Below, in pieces: positions 50,908 through 61,784 of a stretch of 64,000 nt of DNA. The stretch is taken from contig NC_090340.1 of the NCBI RefSeq assembly GCF_035084215.1, forward strand, positions 36,890,001 to 36,954,000. Direction: 5' to 3'. Source of the DNA: Heptranchias perlo (taxonomy: Eukaryota). Both the position numbers and the translations under genes were made by a program. A model generated the notes under the pieces. The model saw only the letters and a list, made by a program, of their open reading frames with translations. It ran no database searches and had not been told where the DNA came from. Position 1 is the stretch's first letter. Each line of letters opens with the position of its first letter.

Positions 50908-52010
50908 AGTCTACAGCACAGAAACAAGGCCATTCGGCACAACTGGTCTATGCTGACGGTTATGCTCCACACGAGCCAGCATACACTTCTATTCCTTTCT
51001 CCCTCATGCTTATCCAGCTTCCCCTTAAGTACATGTGTGTTATTCGGCTCAACTACTCCCTGTGGTAGCGAGTTCCACATTCTTACCACTCTTTGGGTAA
51101 AGAAGTTTCTTCTGAATTCCCTATTGGATTTATTGATGACTATCTTATATTTATGGCCCCTAGTTTTGGTCTACCCTACAAGTGGAAAAATCTTCTCTAT
51201 GTCCACCCTATCAAACTCTTTCATAATCTTAAAGACCTTTATCAGGTCACCCTGAGAATAGAGCCCCAACCTGTTCAGTCTTTGCTGATAAGGATATCCT
51301 CTTAGTTCTGGTATCATCCTCGTGAATCTTTTTGTACTTTCTCCACTGCCTCTATATCCTTTTTATAATATGGAGACCAGAATTATGCACAGTACTCCAA
51401 GTGTGGTCTAACCAAGGTTCGATACAAGTTTAACATAACTTCTCTGCTTTTCAATTCTACCCCTCCATAAATGAGCCCTAGTGCTTGGTTTGCTTTTGTG
51501 GCCTGCGTTGCCATTTTTAGGGATTTGTATATCTGTACCCCAGATCTATTTGCTCCTCTATTCCATTTAGATTTATTATCCAAGCACTATGTGGCCTCCA
51601 TATTCTTCCTACCAAAATGTTACACTACACACTCATCTATATTGAAAGTCATTTACCAATTACACGCCCATTCTGCAAGTTTGTTAATGTCGTCTTGTAT
51701 TTTGTTGCAGTCTTTCTCAGTATTTACTATAACTACCCTCGCCCCCCCCCCCCCCCCCGCCTGATTTGGTGTCGTCTGCAAATTTTGAAACTACTACCGA
51801 TTACCGAATCCAAATTGTTTATGCAAATTGTGAACAACAATGGTCCCAGCACCGATCCTTGTGGAACACCACTTCCTACATTTTGCCAGTCTGAGTAGTT
51901 ACCCTGAACCCCTACTCTCTCTTTTCTGTTCTTTGGCCAACTTGCTAGCCATTCTGCTACTTGTCCCCTGACTCCACATGCTCTGTCCTTAGTCATGAAT
52001 GTATTCATAT
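50908..52010 (-). mobile_element. CR1 LINE fragment
   Basis: [24 protein letters not shown] and VRMWNSLPQ motifs. Confidence 0.9.
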
Positions 52011-52510
52011 TCCTTTAACATAGAAAAATGTCCTAGTGCACATCACAGAGGCATAAGGAGAAATGGGTGCCAGGCCAACAAAGGAGATATTAGGAGGGAT
52101 GATCAAAATCTTGGTCAAACAGGTGCATTTTTAGGAGGGTCAAAAAGAGGGAAGTAGAGAGGCTTAGTGGGGGAGTGAAAGGAGGAGGGATACACAGAGG
52201 CTGGAGTCAGGAGCAGTGAATTCAGGTGGGGTTGTGGTGCTGGAGGACATTATAGAGTTGGGGAGGGGCAAGGGCAAAGAGGAAATTAAATGAGAATGAG
52301 AATTTTAAAATTGAGACATTGTGGAAGCCAATGCTTGTCAGCAAGGACGGGAGTGATGAATGAGTGAGACTTGGTGCAGGTAAGGATATGGGCAGCAGTT
52401 TTTAATGAGCTGCAGTTTACAGAGGGTGGAGAATAGGAGGCTGGCCAGGAGAGCATTGGAGCACATTTGGAGGTGACAGACATGGATGATTGTTTCAGCA
52501 GCAGATGGGC

Positions 52511-54352
52511 TCTACAAGTATGTAAAAAGAAAAAGATTAGTGAAGACAAATGTAGGTCCCTTACAGTCAAATGGGAGAATTTAAAATGGAGAACAGGGAA
52601 ATGGCAGAGCAATTAAACAAATACTTTGATTCTGTCTTCATGGAAGAGGACACAAATAACTTTCCAGAAATGCTAGAGAACCAAAGGACTAGTGAGAAGG
52701 AGGAATTAAAGGAAATTAGTATGAGTAAAAAAATAGTGCTGGAAAAATTAATGGGACTGAAAGCTGATAAATCCTCAGGGCCTGATAATCTGCATCCCAG
52801 AGTACTAAAAGAGGTAGCCATGGAAATAGTGGATGCATTAGTTGTCATCTTTCAAAATTCTAAAGATTATAGAACAGTTCCTGCAGATTGGAGGGTGGAG
52901 AATGTAACCGCACTATTTAAAAAAGGAGGGAGAGAGAAAGCAGGGAACTACAGACCGGTTAGCCTAACATCAGTAATAGGGAAAATGCTAGAGTCTATTA
53001 TAAAGGATGTGATAACAGGACACTTAGAAAATATCAACTGGATTAGATAAAGTCAACATGGATTTATGAAAGGGAAATCATGTTTGACAAACCTACTGGA
53101 GTTTTTTGAGGATGTAACTGGTAGAATAGATAAGGGAGGAGTAGTGGATGTGGTTTATTTGGATTTTCAGAAGGCCTTTGATAAAGTTCCACATAAGAGT
53201 TTAGTGTGCAAAATTAAAGCACATGGGATTGGTGGTAATATACTGGCATGGATTGAAAATTGGTTGACAGACAGGAAACAGAGAGTAGGAATAAATGGGT
53301 CTTTTTCGGGGTGGCAGGCAGTGACTAGTGGGGTACCGCAGGGATCGTGCTTGGGCCCCAGCTATTCACAATATATATCAATGATTTGGATGAGGGAACC
53401 AAATGTAATATTTCCAAGTTTGCTGACAACACAAAACTAGGTGGGATCATGAGTTGTGAGGAGGATGCAAAGAGGCTTCAAGGCAATTTAGACAAGTTGA
53501 GTGAGTGGGCAAATACATGGCAGATGGAGTAGAATGTGGATAAATGTGAAGTTATCCACTTCAGAAGAAAAAACAGAAAGGCAGAGTATTATTTAAATGG
53601 TGATAGATTGGGAAATATTGATGTACAAAGGGACCTGGATGTCCTTGTACACCAGTCACTGAAAGAAACATTCAGGTGCAGCAAGCAGTTAGGAAGGCAA
53701 ATGGTATGTTGGCCTTCATTGCAAGAGGATTGAGCACAGGAGCAAGGATGTCTTACTGCAGTTATACAGGGCCTTCATGAGACCACACCTGGAGTATTGT
53801 GTGCAGCTTTGGTCTCCTTACCTAAGAAAGGATATACTTGCCATAGAGGGAGTGCAGCGAAGGTTCACCAGACTGATTCCTGGGATGGCAGGACTGTCAT
53901 ATGACGAGAGATTAGGTCAACTCGGCCTGTATTCACTCGAGTTTAGTCGAATGAGAGGGGATCTCATTGAAATATATGAAATTCTGACAGGGCTAAACAG
54001 ACTGGATGCAGAGAGGATGTTTCCCCTGGCTGGGGGGTCCAGAATGAGGGGCACAGTCTCAGGATATGGGGTAGGACATTTAGGACTGAGATGAGGAGAA
54101 ATTTCTTTACTCAGAGGGTGGTGAACCTGTGGAATTCTCCATCATAGAAGGCTGTGGAGGCCAAGTCACTGAATATACTTAAGAAGGAGCTGGATAGATT
54201 TCTAGGCACAAAAGGCATCAAGGGGTATGGGGAGAGAGCGAGAATATGGTATTGAAATAGAGGATCAGCCATGATCATATTGAATGGCGGAGCAGGCTTG
54301 AAGGACTGAATGGCCTACTCCTGCTCCTATTTTCTATGTTTCTATGTTTCTA
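52511..54352 (+). mobile_element. CR1 LINE, 5'-truncated; near-twin of 41841-43662
   Basis: ORFs 52571-53050, 53066-53440 and 53777-54094; (tttctatg)n tail. Confidence 0.95.
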
Positions 54353-54959
54353 CGTAAAGGATGGAGGTGGGTGATGTTACAGAGATGGAAGTAGTTATAT
54401 AGTGTCTGAAGTTCGGCTCAGGGTCGAATAGGATGCTGAGGTTGTGTACAGTCTGGTTCAGCCTGAGACAGTGACCAGAGAGGGGGATGGAGTTGGATTC
54501 TGCTTCAGGAAAAGAAACCTGACCACTGTTACTGCCACTGCAGTATGTTTTGTCATTGCTGATTCAGAGGAAATAAAGGTTACTGGGTAAGAGCAATGTG
54601 TGTCTGTGTGCAGTTTGGGTAAGAACAAGATGAGGCTTGGCTGTGACGACCTCTGTGGCTGAATAAGGTGCCGGCACTCAAACCAGGCTCTTGGGTGCAA
54701 TAATGAGGGAAGTCAGCACCTGTGGTGCTCCACTGAAGAGAGGCCACAGGATGCTGCACTGGACTTTTAATTTCAATTTTGCATTTGCTTTTTGTGAATT
54801 TGAACATTTTAAATGCAAATTTAATAAAAGCAAAATTATGATAATCATCCTATTCAACTTCTTGTTGGATGTCCTAATTTTGCTTGAGTTGTCTGTTTCA
54901 AACTGCAAACTTTAAAGCAAAAAAAAAGCTCTGATTTTGCTCCCTTGGAATGGCTGGTA

Positions 54960-55580
54960 CTGAAGGAAGTTTGCATGTTAGCTTTGCTGAACACCTCCTG
55001 TCAGTCTGCAGATATGATCCTGACCTCCCTGTGACTCACTGCTTCAAATTCACCCACCCCTTCTCCCAAACTTCATCAGTCTTTAGCTTCCTACACTGCT
55101 CCAGCCAAGCTCAAATCATATTTCAGAAACAATATTCATATTCCTCCTGGGCACTTTGGTCTGAATACTGACTTTAGCCGCTCCAGACCATTGTTCTCCC
55201 CCACTTTCCTGCCATTTTCTCCCATTCACATTCCACTGAGTACTTTTCCATTTTTGTCATTTTAATGCCTTTTCACGGCCTGACTTTGAGGAAGTTTGTA
55301 GAGCACCCAGCATTTTTATCCCTTTCCTGTTTTAATTGAATCTGTTTGCAGACTATAAAACCTCAGTAGCTGCCTTTTTATAATAGCATATCTGTACTCT
55401 TGACATTGCTTATTGTTCTCCCCTCCCCTCTGTTTTAATTTAGTCTTATATAAGGGGAGTACTGACCATTTTCATTTCTGATGAACAATTTCCACCTAAA
55501 GCATTAACCTGCCTGTTTTACTCCAGCCCTGCAGTATATTTCTGACATTTTCAGTTTTTATTTCAGATTTCCACCTAGAA
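54960..55580 (+). mobile_element. Decayed Penelope-like element (GIY-YIG C-terminus and tail)
   Basis: SFAEHLLSVCRYDPDLPVTHCF resembles RFxEH...LPVAxHF; tail cattttcagtttttatttcagatttcca at ~55545. Confidence 0.6.
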
Positions 55581-55813
55581 GTCATTCATTCTTCCTCCTC
55601 CTTCCCCTCCCCGCATTGTAAAGTTCTTTATTTAAAAGGGCACAATCTTCATGATGTGTTTGGCAAACCTTTTTTTCTCATTTGTTTACAAATGCATAAT
55701 GAAATGACATAAATCATTGTTGAAATGCATCATGTCCCAAAAGGCTTGCCATACACTTTTCATGAAGACACCGCCTCTTTTAAACGTTCTGCGATCTGTA
55801 TCTGTTGCTATTT

Positions 55814-55828
55814 GCTTTCACTTTCACT
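55814..55828 (-). promoter_or_regulatory. ISRE/IRF element upstream of the IgSF leader exon
   Basis: GCTTTCACTTTCACT reads AGTGAAAGTGAAAGC on the minus strand (tandem GAAANNGAAA IRF consensus), about 110 nt upstream of ATG 55934. Confidence 0.65.
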
Positions 55829-55933
55829 GACTTCAGTTAAGAGAGGTTGTAAAAACTGGCGAATTTGGTTACAAAACATGTACATTTTTTTTTACTTTTC
55901 ACAAATTGTTTTCAAATTAAGAGGAATGGGATA

Positions 55934-55982
55934 ATGAACTGCTTTCTAGCAGAACTGATAGTTTACATTATCTCTTCAGCAG
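55934..55982 (+). CDS. Signal-peptide (leader) exon of a B7-family-like IgSF gene
   Basis: ATG...MNCFLAELIVYIISSA+G then consensus CAG|gtaagt donor; 49 nt, phase 1, joins in frame to the V exon at 61058. Confidence 0.75.
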
Positions 55983-55988
55983 GTAAGT

Positions 55989-55998
55989 GGGGATTTCC
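55989..55998 (+). promoter_or_regulatory. NF-kB site at the start of intron 1 of the IgSF gene
   Basis: GGGGATTTCC is an exact fit to GGGRNWYYCC, directly after the splice donor. Confidence 0.55.
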
Positions 55999-56260
55999 TT
56001 GTTATGACTCTGTTGCTAATAATAAGGAAGTCAATTTTTAAAAAAATCTGAGGTCAGAAAAGGAGGTGGTGTAAAGTAGCCGTATAGACCAGGGACAACC
56101 TGGAAAGTAGAGTTGATTCCGTAGGAGGTAGAAATTTGCTCCTTTTCTTTCTCAAACAGAAAACTGTTTCCCAAATCTTTTGATGAAGGCAGCGGGGGTA
56201 GAAATTGGACCTTGTGGCCTCTGTTTTACAGGCGCAACAAGGGACAGTTTTGGGAATCAA

Positions 56261-59070
56261 CATAGAAACATAGAAAATAGGAGCAAGAGTAGGCCATTCG
56301 GCTCTTCGGGCCTGCTCTGCCATTCAAAATGATCATGGCTGATCATCTAACTCAGAACCCTGTTCCCGCTTTTTACTCATATCCCTTGATCCCTTTAGCA
56401 TTAAGAAATATATCTATCTCCTTCTTGAATACATCTAATGACTTGGCCTCCACTGCCTTCTGTGGTAGAGAATTCCAAAGGTTCACCACCCTCTGAGTGA
56501 AGAAATTTCTCCCCTTCTCGGTTCTAAATGGCATACCCCGTATCCTGAGACTGTGACCCCTGGTTCCAGACTCCACAGCCATCGGGAACATCCTCCCTGC
56601 ATCTAGTCTGTCTAGTCCTGTTAGAATTTTATATGTTTCAATGAGATCACCTCTCATTCTTCTCATCTCTAGTGAATATAGGCCTAGTCGACCCAATCTC
56701 TCCTCATACGTCAGTCCTGCCATCCCAGGAATCAATCTGGTAAACCTTCCTTGCACTCCCTCCATGGCAAGGATATCCTTCCTCAGATAAGGAGACCAAA
56801 ACTGCACACAGTACTCCAGATGTGGTTTCACCAAGGCCCCGTACAACTGCAGTAAGACATCCCTGCTCCTGTACTCAAATCCTCTTGCAATGAAGGCCAA
56901 CATACCATTTGCCTTCCTAACTGCTTACTGCACCTGAATGCTCGCTTTCAGCGACTGGTGTACAAGGACATCCAGGTCTTGTTTCACCTCCCCTTTTCCC
57001 AATCTATCACCATTCAGATAATAATCTGCCTTACAACCAAAGTGGATAACCTCACATTTATCCACGTTATACTGCATCTGCCATGTTCTTGCCCACTCAC
57101 CCAACTTGTCTAAATCATATTGGAGCATCTTTGCATCCTCCTCACAGCTCACATTTCACCCCAATTTTGTGTCGTCTGCAAACTTGGAAATGTTGCATTT
57201 AGTTCCCTCATCCAAATCATTGATATATATTGTGAATAGCTGGGGCCCAAGCACTGATCCCTGAGGTACCCCACTAGTCACTGCCTGCCACCTGGAAAAA
57301 GACCTGTTTATTCCTACTCTCTGTTTCCTGTCTGCCAACCAATTCTCTATCCATGCCAGTATATTCCCCCAAATCCCATGTGCTTTAATTTTGCACACTA
57401 ACCTCTTATGTGGGACCTTATCAAAAGCCTTCTGAAAATCCAAATACACCACATCCACTGGTTCTCCCCTATCTATTCTACTAGTTACATCCTCAAAAAA
57501 CTCCAATAGATTTGGTAAGCATGATTTCCCTTTCATAAACCCATGCTGACTTTGTCCAATCCCGTTAATGCCTTCCAAGTGTTCTGTTATCACATCTTTT
57601 ATAATAGACTCTGGCATTTTCCCTACTACTGATGTTAGGCTAACTGGTCTGTAATTCCCTGTTTTTTCTCTCCCTCCTTTTTTTAAATAGTGGGGTTACA
57701 TTTGCCACCCTCCAATCTGTAGGAACTGTTCCAGAGTCTATAGAATTTTGGAAGATGACCACCAATGCGTCCACTATTTCCAGGGCCACTTCCTTTAGTA
57801 CTCTGGGATGTAGATTATCAGGCCCTGGGGATTTGTCAGCCTTTAGCCCCATTAATTTCCCTAGCACTATTTTTTTTACTAATGCTGGTTTCCTTCAATT
57901 CCTCCCTCTCATTAGACCCTTGGTTCCCTAACATTTCTGGGAGGTTATTTGTGTCGTCCTTTGTGAAGACAGAACCAAAGTATGTGTTTAATTGTTCTGC
58001 CATTTCTTTGTTCCCCATTATAATTTCCCCCATTTCTGACTGTAAGGGACCTACATTTGTCTTCACTAATCTTTTTCTCTTGACATATTTATAGAAGCTT
58101 TTACAGTCAGTTTTTATGTTCCATGCTAGTTTACTTTCATACTCTATTTTTCTCCTCTTAATCAATCTCTTTGTCCTCCTTTGCTGAATTCTGAACTGCT
58201 CCCAATCCTCAGGCTTGCCGCTTTTTCTCGCAATTTTATATGTCTCCTCTTTGGATCAAATACTATCCCTAATTTCTTTTGTAAGCCACGGTTGAGCCAC
58301 CTTTCCTGTTTTATTTTTGCACCAGAAAGGAATGAATAATTGTTGTAATTCCTGCACACATTCTTTAAATATTAGCCATTGCCTATCCACCATCATCCCT
58401 TTTAGTAAAGTTCCCCAATCTATCATAGCCAACTCGCACCTCATACTTTCGTAATTTCCTTTATTTAGATTCAGGACCCTAGTTTCGGATTCAACGACTT
58501 CACTTTCCATCTTAATGAGGAATTCTATCATGTTATGGTCGCTCTTCCCTGAGGGACCCCGCACAACAAGATTGTTAATTAATCCTTTCTCATTGCACAA
58601 TACCCAGTCTAGGATCGCCTGTTCTCTAATTGGTTCCTCAACGTATTGGTCTAGAAAACCATCACGTACACACTCCAGGAATTCCTCCCCCACAGTATTA
58701 TTGCTAATTTGGTTTGACCAATCTATATGTAGATTAAAGTTACCCATGAGTATAGTTGTACCCTTCTTGCATGCGTCTCTAATTTCCTGATTAATGCCCT
58801 CCCCTACATCTCCACTACTGTTTGGGAGCCTGTAGACAACCCCCACCAACGTTTTCTGCCCCTTGGTGTTTCTTAGCTCCACCCATACAGATTCCACATC
58901 ATGATTTTCCGAGCCAATATCCTTCCTCACTATTGCATTGAATTCCTCCTTCACTAACAACCCTACCCAACCTCCTTTCCCTTTTTGCCTGTCCTTCCTA
59001 AATATTGAATACCCCTGGATGTTCAGTTCCCATCCTTGGTCACCCTGCAGTCATGTCTCCGTAATCGCAA
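56261..59070 (-). mobile_element. CR1 LINE (endonuclease to 3' end) in intron 1 of the IgSF gene
   Basis: ORFs 58256-58960 (VESVWVEL, SDHNMIEF), 57156-57617 (FADD) and 56373-56903; catagaaa tail. Confidence 0.96.
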
Positions 59071-59646
59071 ATAATGCCTGCATCCAAATAATTCCTGAAA
59101 GACGATTGACCCGATATTGGGTCGGGCCATATTTCAGGCGTTGAGGTCGGCTGCCCACAAGCATTGGGTTCCTTGGAGATGCAACTGAGGGCCTAACACT
59201 TGTTTCAGATTGCCTGATGGAAATTCAGCCACTTGCTCAGGTTTTCCAATCATGGATGCAGAAGCAAGAGGCTACCATTAAATAGGTAGGTTATTTTTTT
59301 TTAAGTTTGTTGTGGAGCCAGGAGGAGCATGAGTGTTCTTCCCAGCTCCACAGCACTCCCAAGGACCTCTGCTGGCCCACAATCAGTCACCTCCCCCATC
59401 CCTCAGGACTTACCTTTGGGTTGCTGCTGGCTAGGCAAGCTGCTCGACATTCATCTTTATGAAATGAGCGAGCTGCCTTTAGAGGCATGACAGGCACCCA
59501 AGTAATGTTAATGAGCCCTGAGGCCACTTTCTGTGTCACCTCAGGCCTCCCGGTTGGGGCGTGCACTCTGTGTTTGGCGCCCATTTCAGGCCGAAAACAG
59601 ACTGAATTTCCGCCTCAGTGTCCCTTAAATTTTGAATAGAAATATG

Positions 59647-60363
59647 TGCCCCGATATTAACCCCACCCCCATGAAAGAGAGGGGGGGGGGCTTAAAAAGT
59701 TAAATACGGGACCGCGAGCCCAACACGCAGTGCAGGCGCCCGTCATCTTTTTTTACAGTGGTGGAGATCAGGGCGTCCAACCTCCCCCCAGCCCCTATCT
59801 CCAACCATCAGACCATAGGTCTCTTCCCCCCTCACAATCGCGGGCCTCTTCCCCCCCCTCCTGATCGCGGGCCTCTTCCCCCCTCCTGATCGGGGGCCTC
59901 TTCGCCCCACCCACCCTCCCGATCACGGGCTTCTTCACCCCTCCCGATCTCAGGCCTCTTCCCCCCCCTCCCGATTGCGGCCTCTCCCCCCTCCCAATAA
60001 CGGGCCTCTTCCCCCCCCACCCCCGATCATGGGCCTCTTCCACTCCCCCCCCCCCCGGATCATGGGCCTCTTTCCCCCCCCCCCCCACCTCCCGATCGCC
60101 ATCCTCTTCCCCTCCCCACTCCCAATTGCAGGGTACCACCCCCAAGGGTCCCTGGCTGTCTCCTCCTGCTGCTGTTGGTTCCTCCCACCCACCGGCCAGG
60201 CTGCCGATTCGGCCGGCTGCCGAGCGGGAAATGGAGCTAAAAAATGTTAATGAGGTCCTGCCATAAAGATCAGCAGGACCTCTGCCTCCCCGGCCTAACT
60301 GGGTCCTTCGACCATTTTCAGCCTCACCCACACCCTCCCCGCCTCCCCGTGTATATCGGGGCC
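59647..60363. mobile_element. Harbinger-type MITE with a 3-bp TSD
   Basis: TIR gccccgatat / atatcggggc, flanked by ATG at 59644-59646 and 60364-60366. Confidence 0.75.
59815..60120. repeat. C-rich minisatellite, unit about 25-30 bp
   Basis: Tandem degenerate gggcctcttccccccctcccgatc units. Confidence 0.88.
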
Positions 60364-61057
60364 ATGGATTTATTTCCTTTTAGGAATAGTAATCATACTT
60401 CTTCCCTTAGTTAAATATGAACAAGAGGATATACAACCAAACAAATCAGAGGCCTCTCTGTTGTTGTATTACTGCCAAGTGTGGAATCTCTCTGTACTGT
60501 TAGGGAGATGTTTGGGTTTCTCCAGATGGGAGAAGCTGTTGACATTCCCATTCAAATGCAGAAATTGCAGTTATGCAGTACTGAGTGGCTCACCTGAATT
60601 CTGGATGTGGGATGGAACTATTATTTAAGCCCTCTCGCTCCTTCTGGCTCCACAAAAATAGAACTTGCTAGAAGTTTTGTGGCCTTTTTCTGAGCGGTGC
60701 ACGCTCCACCATTTGTACCCGAATATTACATCGGCGTCCTACAAGCAGCGTAGGGCCCAGATTTGTGTAGTAAAACAGTCTGATGTCTGTTTCCGGGGGG
60801 CAGGCTGCTTGCTCATTTACAGGCCCATCTGAATATGGCATCGGGTGGGCCTTGTGCGCCAATGGGGTGGCCAAAGTGCTCCCACAACCTCAACCACCCG
60901 CCCCCAATTTTTTCAACTCCTGGCCACAAAACAGATGTCCCTGAGTTGTATTTCTCCCCCAAGATTTACCAAACAAAGAATTAATTCCACATAAATGTTT
61001 TATTCTCCGTGTTTAGAGACTATTTTCATTTTATATGTCTCTTTTTTTTAAATTCAG

Positions 61058-61399
61058 CTGCCCTCGAGGTGGTGGTCAGCCCAGCTGTGTTCAAGGCCAC
61101 AATTGGTGAAGATGTCCTGCTCGGCTGTTCATTTTTTCACACCGTTGAGCTTGATTTGAGATACATTGTGATTGAATGGAACCACAGAGTTGGAAATGAT
61201 GAAAAAGCCATTTGTTTGTTCGACTTTGGAGACTATGAAAGCTACAGACCAGGAACAAGTCTCTTTCTAAATGAAATAATCAAGGCAAATGCTTCTTTAC
61301 TCCTAAAAAATGCTACTATTCGTGACATTGGAACATACTCCTGCACAGTTGCAATATTTTCTGACAAAGCAATGGGGAGAGTTACTCTGTCAGTAACAG
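61058..61399 (+). CDS. Ig V-set domain exon of a B7-family-like protein (NCR3LG1/B7-H6-, CD276- or HHLA2-like)
   Basis: Pyrimidine-rich ttcag acceptor and CAG|gtgagt donor, phase 1-1, 342 nt. Contains IGEDVLLGC (B-strand Cys), IEW (C-strand Trp), NASLLLKN (like the B7/butyrophilin GNASL motif) and DIGTYSC (DxGxYxC). Confidence 0.9.
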
Positions 61400-61784
61400 G
61401 TGAGTGTGGGAATAATTCCTGAAGTGTAATCCTTTAAGATCTGTATTAGGAGTTTCTTTACTGTAATCACTGGAAATGTTAATGATGCAAATAAAAATTC
61501 CAGCCGATTCTGTAAACTGTAGGAATATATTGATGAGAAAAGTACAACTATTGTCAATTGGAAATCTACTGGTGCAAAGTTTGGTGTGAAATGGCAATCA
61601 GAGAAATTGGCATCACCTATTTGGGCTAAACAAAAACAATGTGTATATGAATTTTTTGAAATCCATTCTCAAAGACAGTTTTTAATATACCCATTTGTAG
61701 GAGATGATGAGAGAAAAGCAGAACGCTCTTTATGTTACCTCACTGGTGATATTTGTGGATAGAGAAATATCCACTGTGACAGTA

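Larger units (their letters stand above)
50885..54500 (-). mobile_element. L2 LINE interrupted twice by CR1s (L2 parts 50885-50907, 52011-52510, 54353-54500)
   Basis: L2 3' end acaacttgcatttatatag resumes as cctttaacatag at 52011; agcagatgggc resumes as ...gatgttacagag after 54353. Confidence 0.8.

Noticed and set aside
59795-60331. 178-aa Gly/Arg-rich ORF; array superficially CRISPR-like
   Set aside because: It arises from a tandem minisatellite with no unique spacers; the context is eukaryotic with no cas genes.
61344-61372. RSS-like CACAGTT plus a weak nonamer (ACAAAGCAA) at the F-strand Cys, suggesting a rearranging Ig/TCR V segment
   Set aside because: The spacer is 13 nt and the nonamer is poor. 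The heptamer lies in coding sequence, and the exon already includes the G strand and ends at a splice donor, so it is a non-rearranging V domain.
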